A stretch of DNA of 63,119 nt, the filler included, from Octopus bimaculoides (taxonomy: Eukaryota), in assembly GCF_001194135.2 (NCBI RefSeq). It is 6 parts of 6 records of this genome, joined end to end, with 100 filler letters (N's around TTAATTAATTAA, not from the genome) between each part and the next. Parts side by side here need not be neighbours in the genome. Positions count along the whole stretch, not along the records: positions 1 to 31,340 come from NC_069000.1; positions 31,441 to 50,238 come from NC_068988.1; 4 more parts are not named here. One strand, 5' to 3'. Positions 28,962-41,636 of the stretch are shown here, in pieces (positions within the stretch are counted from its first letter, which is position 1; each line of letters begins with the position of its first letter). Position numbers and translations under genes: made by a program. The notes below the pieces were generated by a model. It ran no database searches and was not told the DNA's origin. It saw only the letters and a program-made list of their open reading frames with translations.

Positions 28962-31529
28962 TTAAATTAGTGCATCACTGAAAAGTTGTTCTTCCTATTT
29001 TCCTACTGAAAATGGGAATGTTTCCTAGGGTTTAGCTTTTTTTCTTTTTTCTTTTTATTTTCTTTCTTTACACAGGGTTACTCTGAAGTAGTTGGTCTTT
29101 AGGAGTCAAAAACATTCCAAGTGTTTTCTATCTGTACATCTTTCTTTTTTTTTTTCAAACTTATCTTTCCTTCTTTTTTTCTTTTTTTTCTTAAAGATAT
29201 TATTGATATAAGAGATATTATCCCTGGCTGCTACTTCTAGCCGTTGACTGATTGCATAAAGGCTTCTGATGTGGATGAGAGATAAATCTTTTGGATAATA
29301 TACCAAATAACTTTTTGTTGCTGACAGTTAGCCATGTAAAGTGAGGAGTGTACTACCCGAATGCACATCAGTGTGTCTGACATGGATTCTAAACTCAATA
29401 AGCACTTTTATTTTTTTTTTGCTTGTTCTACTTCCATATGAGAGCTCTAGTTTTTCCTCAGACAGGGCACAGCACATAGCCTGCAATGGATTACAAACTT
29501 ATAACTAACTACTCTTAATTTGTGATGAACCAACACATTATCCACTCTGCCAGTCAAACTTCTCCAGTTGATTAATGTGTGGAGCTTATGAAATAGACTC
29601 AAGGTAGATGGTAAGAGAAAGGAAGATGTTTGGAGGCGGGTGGGGGGTGGTGGTGGGGCAGTAGCTTTTGAATGGCATTGGGACAAAGCCAACAGAGCCT
29701 GTTGCAGTAATGGCAGACTATGTCAGATCAATAGATGATTTTGAAGAAAAATGATTTTATTGATGAGTTTTAAACAGTTTTTTTTTTCTTCTGGATAGTG
29801 TTTTACCTTATTTACTCTTGGCATTGTATTTCTATCTAAGAGCAACTATTTATTGATGTTGGATGTATTCAAAGTTTTTCCATGACATGCAGTGGCAGTT
29901 AGAATGTTACTGTTTCTATATTCTAATTGGAAAATTATCTATTGCAGCACAAAGTTCTGTGACATTCTTAGGTTACTGTTACAGCATAAAATAGCAGGCT
30001 TACTTAAAAATAGTTCTTATTGTTCTTTAGCTCCAGATCAGTCCCTCTCATGCAGATCCCCTTGTCCTTTCATACATCTAGGACTACATTGTCCAGTATG
30101 TCTTTCCCTTTTTGTAAGATAGTGGGAATGTTCTTTGTTGGCAATTTCTTTACTATTTCTAGCAGATTAAGCAACAGCATAGAGGCTTGTACTTAAAAAT
30201 GGTTAGAAGAAGTGAGATTTTGTGGACAGCATTCATTTATAACTTTAAGTGGTTCATTTAAATATCATTTGCATTATGGTTATTCCACATTGCTTTGTAA
30301 GGAGCATAGGACCAGTTTCCTATTTTCCCTGGACGGGACGTCAGTCCATTGCAAGATTACATATTTTTACCGGCTGAGTAGACTGGAGTAACATGAAGCA
30401 AAGTGTTTTGCACAAAAACACAACACATCACCCAGTCTAGGAATCGAAGCCACAATCTTGCATTCATGAGCCTAACACCCAAACCACTAAGCCATATGCC
30501 TCCACATTACTACTGTATATCTTAACACAACGAAAATGTCCTGTTTGTTTTGATGGTTCACTTATACCTTCTTGTTTTGAGAGAAAGTTTTCAGAGAAAG
30601 TTTTCAGAGAATGTTTTGAGAGAAAGTTAACTTGGTGAGCCCATCCATAGCAAATAACAAGCTGGAGGACAAGGACTGTGAAATGAAAAAGTGACTCAAC
30701 CAGGAATTGAACCTATATTACAAAATTGGGTTGCTGGTAGTTTATCCACACACTGTTGTCCTTACATTTCTCTGTGGTTTAACTTTAAGTAAACATTTGT
30801 GTTCGGATGCCTGTCACCTGACCATTAATACTAGTTCACTGTATTCAAGATGCAGTGGAAAAGTGCAAGTGACCAGACGGCTGATTTGATACAGCATCTT
30901 TTGACATCTTATGGTAAATAGAACGATTACAGAATAAAACAGAGGTGAATATAATAGTATATGCATGTGTGTTTTAAGTAGCTATCAGGACTCTTTGAAT
31001 ATGTTGTTTTATCTAGCTTCCAGCCCTACCCTTCTCTAGTTCTTGAATTCAGTGATGCTGGGGCACACCTTTGAAGGAGTTGTTAGTTGATTGTATTGAT
31101 TCTTGTACTTATTTTTCAGTGTGGTGCTTATTTTATTGATCTCTGTTTATTGAATAGCTAAGTTACATTCACCAATTGAGTTACATTGCTTCAGGGAGTT
31201 ACCTCCCATTGGAGAATAGATACTACAAGGAATTTATACCAGAATACATAAACACACACACACACATTACACACGTAAATAAAGCAGTTGATTGGCAGTT
31301 ATAGCATTAGATATGTATATATATATATATATATATATATNNNNNNNNNNNNNNNNNNNNNNNNNNNNNNNNNNNNNNNNNNNNTTAATTAATTAANNNN
31401 NNNNNNNNNNNNNNNNNNNNNNNNNNNNNNNNNNNNNNNNTTTTTTCCTTCCTTCCCCCTCCCAAAAAGAAAAGCTCTACATTGTATTTGTCCCATCTTC
31501 GTTGAGCCCTGTGTGGCTAATAAAAGAAA

Positions 31530-31531
31530 TG

Positions 31532-31573
<42 letters not shown>

Positions 31574-31705
31574 CCTATCTATCTACCTATCTATTTATCT
31601 ATCTACCTATCTATCTATCTATCTATCTATCTATCTGTGTCTTTCTCTCTGTTTGTCTGTCTGTCTGTCTGTCTATATCTATCTATCTGTCTGTCTGTCT
31701 GCCTG
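31530..31705. repeat. (ATCT)n/(GTCT)n tetranucleotide microsatellite
   Basis: Direct inspection. Confidence 0.95.
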
Positions 31706-32259
31706 TCGGTGCCACTTCAGTAATTATTCTAATGGTTTTATATATTAGTGAACATAATTGCAACACAGTCTCGTTTTAATAAGTGCCAATTGTCTACAAC
31801 TAATAATAATAATGATAATAATAAGGATTTATTTTTTGTTAGTCTTTTTCTTTAGCTGTGAAGGTTTCGGCAAATTGATCTTTTGTTGTTGTTTAACCCT
31901 AGGTCAACTCCCAGCAAGTAGACTTATGGTAAATGATCATCTGCATATGCTCATCCTGTATTTTAACAGGTGTGTGGAGCTATGTTATTTAGTGTGTCTT
32001 GTCTATATTTAAGATAAGATGTCATTTGAGGGATATTTGGCTGTTATTTCTTGCTGACCACATTGCTGTTCCTCCATTGGTGTGACTGACTGTGTGTGTT
32101 TGTCTGTGTGTGTGTTTACTGAGAACCAGCTGGTGGTGGGGTAGTTGTATTGTCACTAGTATTGATGTGTAGCCATGGCCAACATGCTTCATTCACTCTC
32201 AACATCTAAGTTCATCTTCATAGAATAATAATAATAATAATAATAATAATATAGTATGA

Positions 32260-32622
32260 TAGCCAGTCAGGCACTGGTGGCACATAAAAAGCACCCACTA
32301 CACAAATGCCAGCCACTTCAAGAGTGTTGACAAAACTGAGTCATACATATTACCATGTGATCGATGCCAAGGCCACCTGACCAGCTCCTGTGTTGGTGGC
32401 ATGTAAAAAGCACCATCTTAACGTAGCCGATACCAGTACCCCTTGACTGGCTCCCTTGCTGGTGGCACGTAAAAAGCACTACCTGAACATGATCGATGCC
32501 AGGCTTGCCTGTCTGGCCCTCGTGCCGGTGGCACGTAAAAAAGCACCCACTGCTCTCTCGGAGTGGTTGGTGTTAGGAAGGGCATCCAGCTGTAGAAACT
32601 TTGCCAGATCAGAATGGAGCCT
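32260..32622 (+). mobile_element. RTE 3'-UTR copy with four GGTGGCACRTAAAAAGCAC subunits
   Basis: Direct similarity to 37295-37557 and 40540-40730. Confidence 0.85.
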
Positions 32623-33356
32623 GGTGAACAAATCAACTACAGTACTTATTTTCTGTTTAAGACTGGTATTCATTTTATCAGTCTCTATAACTGAACCACT
32701 GTGTTATGAGGACGTAAACATACCAACACTGATTGTCAAGCTGTGGTGGTGGAGAGGCACAAATAAAAAAATACACACACATACAGATAATATATCCACG
32801 AACTTCTTTCAGTTTCTGTGCACCAAATCCACTCACGAGACTTTATTTGGACCAAGGCTATAGCAGAATAGAAACCACTTGCCCAAGGTACCACGCAATA
32901 GGACTGAACCTGGAAGCATGTGGTTGGGAAACAAACTTCTTACCACCCAGCCACACCTGCACCTATCCCCCTCCCCTTAGTCTTAGAGGCCCTAAAAAGA
33001 GTTGTAGACACTGCCCTTCCTTATCTGACTTAGCCATTAGGGGAAAACAAAATATATATAAAGGACGAAATTTCTCCAAAATAGTGTTTAAGGAACTGCT
33101 TTATGCATCACCAATGACAGCAATGGAAGAAACTACTACTGCGATGAAAATGGTAGCCTAGCACCATGGCGGCGAAGAATCTGAATGTCAGCTTAGCACA
33201 CTATACTTCTTAATGTGCATTGTAGCTACAAAATAATTGTTGTTGAAAGACTTAAATATTTTATGAAAGATTCTAAATCTTCCTTCTGAAAACTAAAACG
33301 TGTTCCTACTAAAACAACAAGAACAAAAGATACAAAACCTTCAGAACTTTATTAGC

Positions 33357-33416
33357 AACAACCATTGTTGAATTTTACACAACCATTGTTGAATTTTACA
33401 CAACCATTGTTGAATC
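33357..33416. repeat. 21-bp tandem repeat x3 (acaaccattgttgaattttac)
   Basis: Direct inspection. Confidence 0.9.
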
Positions 33417-33747
33417 TTAACTCTGTAAGTGCACTGGTGTTATTATTTCTGAAATTAGCTTCTATCAAAACATTGGCCAAGATTCCAAGAGCATTGACTT
33501 GCTTTTGTTCACTTTATTAAATGGTACATTGTTCTTAGTAAATGCAGAATATTACAATGACTTCCCTTGTCTCAAAGCAAGAATATGTCAAGTTAAATAA
33601 ACGTCTGTTGAAATCAGAATCTTCATGGAGTCTTATTCTATTGAATTCCAATGTTCTGGAGAAGCATCAGCTTTCAGGCTTTTAAAGGATTGGTCGTCGT
33701 GGTTTCACTACTGTCTGAAATTTAAAGGATCTGAAATTGTAATGCTT

Positions 33748-33784
<37 letters not shown>

Positions 33785-34229
33785 ATATGTATACTCACAC
33801 ACACATTTGTGTATGTGTGTTTAGGTTTGGTTATACAATCAGGATTAATAGAAAGGAAAGCGATTGTATGTTGTTTTTTATTGGGTTGAGATATACTGCC
33901 CTTACCAAACTGTTTCAAAGTCTAGGAATTTGCTTTTGTCTCGGTTGTCTAATCATTGGAGGACCAAATGAAGAATGCAGACATTATCTGGAGTTCATTA
34001 TAAATCAGTTTGCACAAAAGTAGAGTTGCAGACTTTGAAGGAGTTTGAAAAGTGCCATATATGAAACTGTTGGCCGTTGAGTCAGTTTGTAACTTTTGTG
34101 TGGTTAAGAAGATTGTTTCCCAATGGTTCTGGGTTCAATTCCACTGTATGGCACCTTGTGCAAGTGGTTTCTGCTATAGCCCTGTGCAAGTGGATTTGCT
34201 AGATGGAAACTGAAAGAAGCCCATAAAAA

Positions 34230-34545
34230 TAATAACAGTGTTATTTTACTAAATTCTTCATTATTTTTAAAATTGAAACAAAGGCAGTTCATATCTATAG
34301 AAATATGGTACCAAAAGGGTCAACCCTTTTGATACCAACCAAACGGAGAATTACCCTGGTTGTGTGATATAAGCTTCCTATTTTAAAGTGACCTGAATAA
34401 AATCTGTCCATCCTAATTTCATGTTAATTCCTTTTCTAAATATCAATTAATGACAACAAAGTTTATTTTACTGAATTCTTTATTATTTTAAATAAACTCT
34501 TTGAAACAATGACGGTTTATGTCTACAGAAATATGATAACAAAGG
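34230..34545. mobile_element. Two abutting piggyBac-like MITEs (third family)
   Basis: Junction AAAGGG-TCAA-CCCTTT at 34314-34329; body similar to 35524-36101 in reverse orientation. Confidence 0.6.
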
Positions 34546-35479
34546 AGTGAATGGAAAAACAACATTAAAATAATTGAAATAATGTGTGTGTGTGTGTGAA
34601 TGGAAAGAAAAGGTTGTGGAATTTCTCTGATGCAATGTTGTTGTTGTTGTTGTGCCCAATTTTCCTTCTGTTTCACCAGGAAGGAATCTGTCTATGTTCT
34701 TTAACTTTGATATATTTGTAAAGTATAACATCATCATCATCATTGTTTTAAAGTCCATAGCTTTTCCATAGCTGCATGGGATGGACGGAATTCATTGAGA
34801 TAGATTTTCTATGGTTGGCTGCCCTTCATGTTGTCAGCCCTCACCTGTTTTCATGCAAGGTAACATTTTTCTATGGCCAGACATGATGTGGTGTAAAGAG
34901 GAGAAACATGTATGCACCACACACACACACACACATGTGCACCTCTGTGCACCTCTGTGCACACATACCAAAGCAAACAGTGGAACACGATGCAGTTCTT
35001 GAACTCATTGGATCCTGCCAAACCATCCAGTCCTTGCCAACACAGAACATGAATGTTAAATTACTGCTGCTGCTGCTGATATATATGTGGCATTTGTGAG
35101 ATTGTGTGTGTGATAGGCTTCTCTTCAGTTTCCATCTACCAAATTTACTCACAAACTATTGGCCAAACCCAGAGCTTTAGTAAAAGACACTTGCTCAAAG
35201 TGCCACACAGTGAGACTGAAACCAGACCCTTCTGGTTAGGAAGTGAATGTCTTAACCACACAACCACACCAGTAGAAAATGAGATAATGTTAGCTTGAGG
35301 CTGTGAATGGAACTTCGTTTTACCATTTCCATTTGCTGATAAAATAGATTTCCTTATTCGGCTTCTGGATTTTTCTTACTAGTATTTTATATAACTGCTC
35401 TCTACTGCACACCAACTGATCAAGGAAATAGCCTTTTTATTATTATTTGTTTTATTTTTAGTCATTTTAGTTACAGCTA

Positions 35480-36105
35480 AAAACAAGGGCCTGTCTTAGG
35501 CAGATTGATATCAAAAGGGTTAGCCCTTTTCTTACCAAATTTCTGTTGAAAGACACTGTGTTTGTTTCAGTTAATTTTTAAAATAATGAAAAATTTAGTC
35601 AAATAACTTTGTCATTATTAACCTTCATTACTGTATTTCTGTTGAGATGCTCTGTCTTTCTTTCAATTAATTTTAAATATAACAAAGAATTTAGTGAAAT
35701 AACTTAGTTATCATTTAGCTAGTGTTAGGAACATAAATTGTGACTAAGGTTTGGTGGAAGATTTTAATTCAGAACTTAAGAAAACAAGACATTTGTACAC
35801 CAGAGCCAGAGCTGGTTTCAGCCGGGTTGGTAACGAAAGGGTTAAGGTGGTGTTTGGAACATAATTTTACGCGAAATTTTGATGGATGTTTTTAATTCAG
35901 ATCATCTCAACCATTTTGTTACAATATTTCTCTTAAAACACATTCTTTGTTTCAATTAATTTTAAAAATAAGCATTTATTAAAATAGTTTTATCATTATT
36001 AAGATGAAATTTTGGTTTGTTGGTTGAGTGGTTTTGATTTCGAACAGAAAGTTTCTGTCATAGAACCAGGGACAGTCTCAGACTGGATGGCATCAAAAGG
36101 GTTAA
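35480..36105. mobile_element. Cluster of abutting and nested piggyBac-like MITEs
   Basis: AAAGGG-TTAG-CCC junction at 35520; inner element 35622-35841 flanked by TTAA on both sides; final AAAGGG-TTAA at 36096-36105. Confidence 0.75.
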
Positions 36106-36127
36106 AATTTGTCATTCAGAGCTGTTA

Positions 36128-36510
36128 TATTCTATCTTTTACTTGTTTCAGTTATTAGACTGTGGCCATGCTGGGGCACCACCTTGAAGAACTTTTAGTC
36201 AAATGAATTGACCCCAGTATTTTTTTCTTTTAAAGCCTAGTACTTATTTTATCAGTCCCTTTCAACAAACTGCTAAGTTACAGAGACATAAACACACCAA
36301 CACCGGTTGTCAAGCAGCACACACACACACACATGCACACACATATATGACGGGCTTCTTTCATTTTCCGTCTACCAAATCCACTTACAAGGCTTTGGTT
36401 GGCTCAAGTCTATAATAAAAGACACTTGCCCAAGGTGCCATGCAGTGGGACTGAACCTGGAACCATGTAGTTGGGAAGCAAACTTCTTACCACACAGCCA
36501 CTCCTGCACC
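36128..36510 (-). mobile_element. Full-length SINE family B copy
   Basis: Reverse complement of the 4741-5108 family from head to tail. Confidence 0.9.
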
Positions 36511-36568
36511 TATTATCTCTGTTTATATTTCAATGTACTCTGCCAACCCTTAAACAAACGCTGACTAG

Positions 36569-36673
36569 CAAACAGCATCTGGACAATATACAACCAATTC
36601 CAACGTCATCCGTATCTGAAAAGAACTTTTTCTGATCACTGTTTTGAAATTTGTGCAGTGAACCGTGACCATC
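36569..36673 (+). CDS. Candidate 105-nt exon (NSIWTIYNQFQRHPYLKRTFSDHCFEICAVNRDH), phase 1 to 1
   Basis: Consensus donor ATC|gtaagt, single open frame, protein-like composition; the acceptor is weak. Confidence 0.3.
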
Positions 36674-37294
36674 GTAAGTGCAGTTTGTAAACACAATTTA
36701 GGAATCTCATTAACTTATATCTATTTCATCAGTAATTTTTTTTCCTATTTATACCTGATCCTCTTTTTTTTCTGTCATGTTTACATGATCTTTATTATTA
36801 TTATTATTATATGTTTTTTGATAATCATATTTCCTATCCTGTTGTATAGGAAGATAGTTCCATCTCCATTTTTGCTTTCTATTCAGTCTGTCTGTTATGA
36901 TAAAACTTTGGTAACACCATTTATTACAAGTTCCATCAGATTTCTTTTCTGCTTCATTGATTGAGGCAATGTAGCACAAGCATACTGCAGTGAAGGATCC
37001 TTTCGGAGAAGTTCATTTTCTCCCTTTTATATTTTCTCATCTGCAAAATATTATTTTTTTTTGGTATCTCTGTTGGAATTATGTCCTTCTAAAAGCACTG
37101 ACGTTCAGCAAGTGCACCAAACACCAGGTTTAAAATTTGTTGGTTCATTCTATAAATTCAGAACAGAATTACTTATCAACCTTTTTCTATAGAATGGAAA
37201 ATGGAAAGTAACTATATTCTGTAGATTTATATCTACAGACTGTCTTCTAGTAATAAACACTGTGTTTACATGTAATTTATTGAAGATTACTTAC

Positions 37295-37557
37295 ATTAGA
37301 TGGCACATAAAAGCACTATCCGAATGTGATCGATGCCAGGCCCACATGACTGGCTCCTGTGTTGGTGGTACGTAAAAAGCACCCACTACACTCTCGGAGT
37401 GGTTGGCATTAGGAAGGGCATCCAGCTGTAGAAACATTGCCAGATCAGACTGGAGCCTGGTGCAGCCTCCTGGCTCTCCAGACCTCAATCAAGCCGTCCA
37501 ACCCATGCCAGCATGGAAAATGGATGTGAAACGATCATAGCAGTCATGATGATGATG
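37295..37557 (+). mobile_element. RTE 3'-end copy
   Basis: aaagcacccactacactctcggagtggttggcattaggaagggcatccagctgtagaaac...(GAT)n. Confidence 0.9.
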
Positions 37558-37608
37558 CTTAAGGATTGCGGTTGTGAGGCTGAGTACCGTCTATATAGAA
37601 TCTTGTAG

Positions 37609-37675
37609 TGAGATATTCGACAATGGCATTCTTAGAATGAATCATATTGCTGCCGAGCTCAAGAGTCTTGGTGCT
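37609..37675 (+). CDS. Candidate 67-nt exon (EIFDNGILRMNHIAAELKSLGA)
   Basis: Donor GCT|gtgagt and open frame; the acceptor (aatcttgtag) is weak. Confidence 0.25.
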
Positions 37676-37729
37676 GTGAGTCTCGAATATTAAAGCCCAG
37701 TCTAAATGCTTAGAGTGTGATATTTACCA

Positions 37730-37902
37730 TTATTCTGATGCCAATGACTGATATAGGTTAAAGAATAAATCATATTGCTGCCTTATGTTGATGAAGTCAT
37801 CACCAGTATCATCCTCATCATCATAACTGTCATCATCGTAATCATTGTCATCATCATCTTCATAATCTGGGCTTCTTGACATGCTTTGATTTGTAGCTTG
37901 AT
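37730..37902 (-). CDS. Candidate terminal exon with acidic tract ((D)QATNQSMSRSPDYEDDDD...YQSLASE*)
   Basis: Acceptor acttttgtttacaaag and open frame to TAA. The acidic part could simply be a (GAT)n microsatellite. Confidence 0.3.
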
Positions 37903-38585
37903 CTTTGTAAACAAAAGTCTCATTCATAAGGTATCATTTGGTTCCATTTCTCCATGTAAGCATGTCTGGGCTGTTTGTTATTTAACAGACTGAGAAATGA
38001 TTGCCCCACTTGGCAAACAAGTCGGGGTCAGTAACAAGAAGGGCAGCTGGCCATAGGAAACTGTCCCAGCATACCTTCGTTTGACCTATGCAAGCATGGA
38101 AAAGTAAACATGACGATGATGGTGATGATGAATGTAAAATGCCATAACTAAATCCTGCTAGACATTTTGCCCTATTTCTTGATGGCTCTACCATTCTACT
38201 GCCTGGATGTTCTACCTGTACTCCAAAACTTACCTGTCTGTCCAATTATCTATTATATAAACTAAAGATAAATGAAAGCTGATTGAGGAGTTATTTCGAT
38301 ACCAACAGCAGCCATTTTCATGCTTGAATGTCATAATCTATGTTCAAAATTTCTTCAAGTAGAAATAGATTTTAGTAAAACCAAAAAAACAAAAACAAAA
38401 AAACCCAGCTATTATGCAACAGGATTGGGAAATATGTAGTTGCTATATTTAATTATCAATATGCTGTTGTGTAGAAGTAGTGCGCAACGCACAATAACTA
38501 TTTAGTTATCAATATACTGTCATAGAGAAGTGTTCAATATGTATGTGTGTCTATATATGTATGTGTCTAGTCACCTGTATTGTAA

Positions 38586-40732
38586 ATCAGGTGGTTCTCA
38601 AAAGAATAAGACCCAATGACTGGTGTAGCAGCACCATAGTCAACTGCTACAAAGGTAAAGGTGACGCTTTAGATACAAATAATTACAGAGGTATCAAGTT
38701 GTTAGATCAGGTAAGGAAGGTCACGGAGAGGGTCATAGCCCAACTAGTTAGGGAGAGAGTCAGTTTAGATGAGATGCAGTTTGGGTTCGTGCCAGGGAGA
38801 AGCACCACTGATGCTATATTTTTGGTAAGGCAGCTGCAGGAGAAATTCCTAGACAAAGATAAACCTCTGTACTTGGCTTTCGTTGACATGGAGAAAGCTT
38901 TTGACAGGATCCTCTGATCCCTTATCTGGTGGTCAATACGGAAACTAGGAATAAACAAGTGGTTGGTGAAAGCTGTACAAGCTATGTACAGGGATGCTAC
39001 CAGTAAGGTGAGGGTTGGCAATGAGTACAGCAAAGAATTCTGGGTACAAGTAGGGGTTCACCAAGAATCGGTGCTCAGCCGCCTCTTGTTCATCATAGTC
39101 CTCCAGGCAATAACAGAGGAATTCAAGACGGGCTGCCCCTGGGAGCTCCTCTACATTGACAAATTTGCTCTTAGAGCTGACTCCCTATCAGAACTAGAGA
39201 AGTTCCAAGGTCTAGAATTGAAGGCCCTTGGAGTTAACCTAGCAAAAACCAAAGTCTTAGAGAGTAAGAAGGCAGAAAAATTGCAAATCTCAAGTAAATG
39301 GCCCTGCTCAATCTGTAGAAAAGGCATAGGTGCACCCAATGTAAGCTTTGGACTCATAAAAGGTGCATCAATATCAGAGGAAGGTTAACAAGGAAACTAG
39401 CTTTTGTTTGTGGAAGATGCACAGATACAATAAACGCTGAAAACGTGCTGAAAATAGACTCCATCAACTGCCAGGGGAGTAAGCTAGAGGTAGTAGGTAG
39501 CTTCCATTATTTAGGTGACCAAGTTAGTAGTGGAGGTAGATGCTCCGAGAGTGTAGCTGCCAGAATAAGATTAGGCTGGGCAAAGTTCAGAGAGCTGCTA
39601 CCTCTGCTGGCAACAAAGGGCCTCTCTCTCAGAATGAAAGGTAGATTGTATGATGCCTGTGTGCAAACAGCCATGCTACATGGCAGTGGCACATGGGCTG
39701 TGACAGCCAAGGACATGTGTAGGCTTAAAAGAAATGAAGCCAATATGCTTCACTGGATGTGCAATGTCAGTGAGCATGTTTGACAGAGTGTAAGCATCTT
39801 GAGAGAAAAGTTGGGCATAAGAGGCATCAGATGTACTGTGTAAGAGAGATGACTGTGCTGGTATGGTCATGTGATGCATATGGATGAGGACAACTGTGTA
39901 AAGAAGTGCCGATCTCTAACTGTGGAGGGAACCTGTGGTAGAGGTAGACTCAGGAAGACATGGGACGAAGTGGTGAGGCATGATCTTCGAACTTCACGGA
40001 GGCAATGACTAGAGACTGAGACCTTTGGTGATATGCTCTGCTTGAGAGGACCGGTCAAGCCAAGTGAAATTGTAGTTATGGCTGATGTTGGTGTCCTGTA
40101 ACTGGCACCTGTACTGGTGGCACGTAAAGAACACTGAGTATTGAGCCTCACAGAGGCAAAGTGGTTGAGTTCCTTTTGAGTGTTAGGCCTCATGGAGGCA
40201 AAGTGACCAAGTTCCTTTCGAGTGTTGGGCCTCATGGAGGCAAAGTGACCAAGTTCCTTTCGAGTGTTGGGCCTCATGGAGGCAATGACTGAGGCCTTTG
40301 GCATTATGTTGTGCTTGAGAAGAAGACCCATCAAGCNNNNNNNNNNCTCATGGAGGCAAAGTGACCAAGTTCCTTTCGAGTGTTGGGCCTCATGGAGGCA
40401 AAGTGACCAAGTTCCTTTCGAGTGTTGGGCCTCATGGAGGCAATGACTGAGGCCTTTGGCATTATGTTGTGCTTGAGAAGAAGACCCATCAAGCTGAGGA
40501 AATTCGGAGTCTTGGCTGATAACAGGGTCACACAAATTGGTACCTGTGCCAGTGGCACAAAAAAAAAAAAAACCACTACAACTCTTGGAGTGGTTGGCAT
40601 TAGGAAGGACATCCAACTGTAGAAAACCATGCCAAATTATGCTGTTGTCTGGTGCAGCCTTCCAGTGTGCCAGCCCAGTCAAACTGTCCAACCCATGCCA
40701 GCATGGACAATGGACGTTAAATGATGATGATG
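38586..40732 (+). mobile_element. 5'-truncated, inactivated RTE-clade LINE: RT domain, C-terminus and 3' UTR ending in (GAT)n
   Basis: Motifs NYRGIKLL, QFGFVPGRSTTDAIF, AFVDMEKAFDR, GVHQESVLS, LLYIDK (decayed YADD), VNLAKTK, FHYLGD and MLHGSGTW. Several stops and frameshifts; 3' end ggacgttaaatgatgatgatg. Confidence 0.95.
40144..40495 (+). repeat. 42-bp tandem repeat in the RTE 3' UTR
   Basis: Unit ggcctcatggaggcaaagtgaccaagttcctttcgagtgttg; the block is duplicated across an 11-N gap. Confidence 0.9.
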
Positions 40733-41272
40733 TATGTATGTATGTATGAATGTATGTATGAATGTATGTGTATCTGTGTATGTATGAATGTATGTGTATG
40801 TATGTATAATTGTATGTATGTGTAGCTATGTATGTATGTATGTATGTGTTATGTGCGTATGTATGTATAATTGTATGTGTGTATGCATATGTATTTATGT
40901 TTATATATGTATGTGTGTGTGTGTCTATATGTATGTATGAATGAATGTATGTGTCTGTATATGTATGTATGTGTATCTATGTGTATGTATATGTGTGTGT
41001 ATGTATGCATGTATATATGTATGTCTATCTGTATGTGTATGTATACATGTATATATGTATGTGTATCTATGTGTGTATGTATGCATGTATATGTGTATCT
41101 ATCTACATGTATATATGTATGTGTATATATATATATGTGTATATATGTATGTGTATATATATATGTATATATATGTATGTGTATATATATATGTATATAT
41201 ATGTATGTGTATATGTGTGTATGCGTGTATATATCTATGTGTATCTATATGTGTGTGTGTGTGTGTGTGTAT
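40733..41272. repeat. Compound (ATGT)n/(AT)n/(GT)n microsatellite (similar tract at 41860-42379)
   Basis: Direct inspection. Confidence 0.95.
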
Positions 41273-41593
41273 GCCTGTTTGTTAATTCCTCCCGGCAGCA
41301 TGAGTCAGCTTCTATTGATTCGTCCTTTTCTCTTCCCTGTCAATGGTTGTTTTGCTCTGTTCTTTAGCTGAGAACATCATGTGATATCATTTACTCTGGT
41401 TAATCTGTTAATGTGAGATTATGATTGATGAAGTTATACCCTCCGTGGTATCCATGTGATAATCAATTAAACACTGAAAGAAAGAAAGAGAGTGAGTGAA
41501 ACCGTTCGGTTTCATACCCATTCGTCAAAATACTATTTCTTTCCCTGCTGTAATGGCTGTGTAAACCACTGCTGTTCTGGCTTCAGTCCTCAC

Positions 41594-41636
41594 CTCGTTA
41601 CTACTATTTCTTTGTCTCTTCGTTAAAATGTACACA
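41594..41636 (-). CDS. Candidate 43-nt exon (VYILTKRQRNSSNE), phase 2 to 0
   Basis: Acceptor ccttaattgctttag, donor GAG|gtgagg; only one frame is open. Confidence 0.3.

Noticed and set aside
31385-31396. TTAATTAATTAA islands inside N runs (also near 50283, 52993, 56748 and 59011)
   Set aside because: An identical 12-mer embedded in gaps with stops in all six frames is an assembly spacer, not biology.
40144-40495. Repeat array superficially like CRISPR
   Set aside because: Contiguous tandem units without unique spacers, eukaryotic context, no cas genes.
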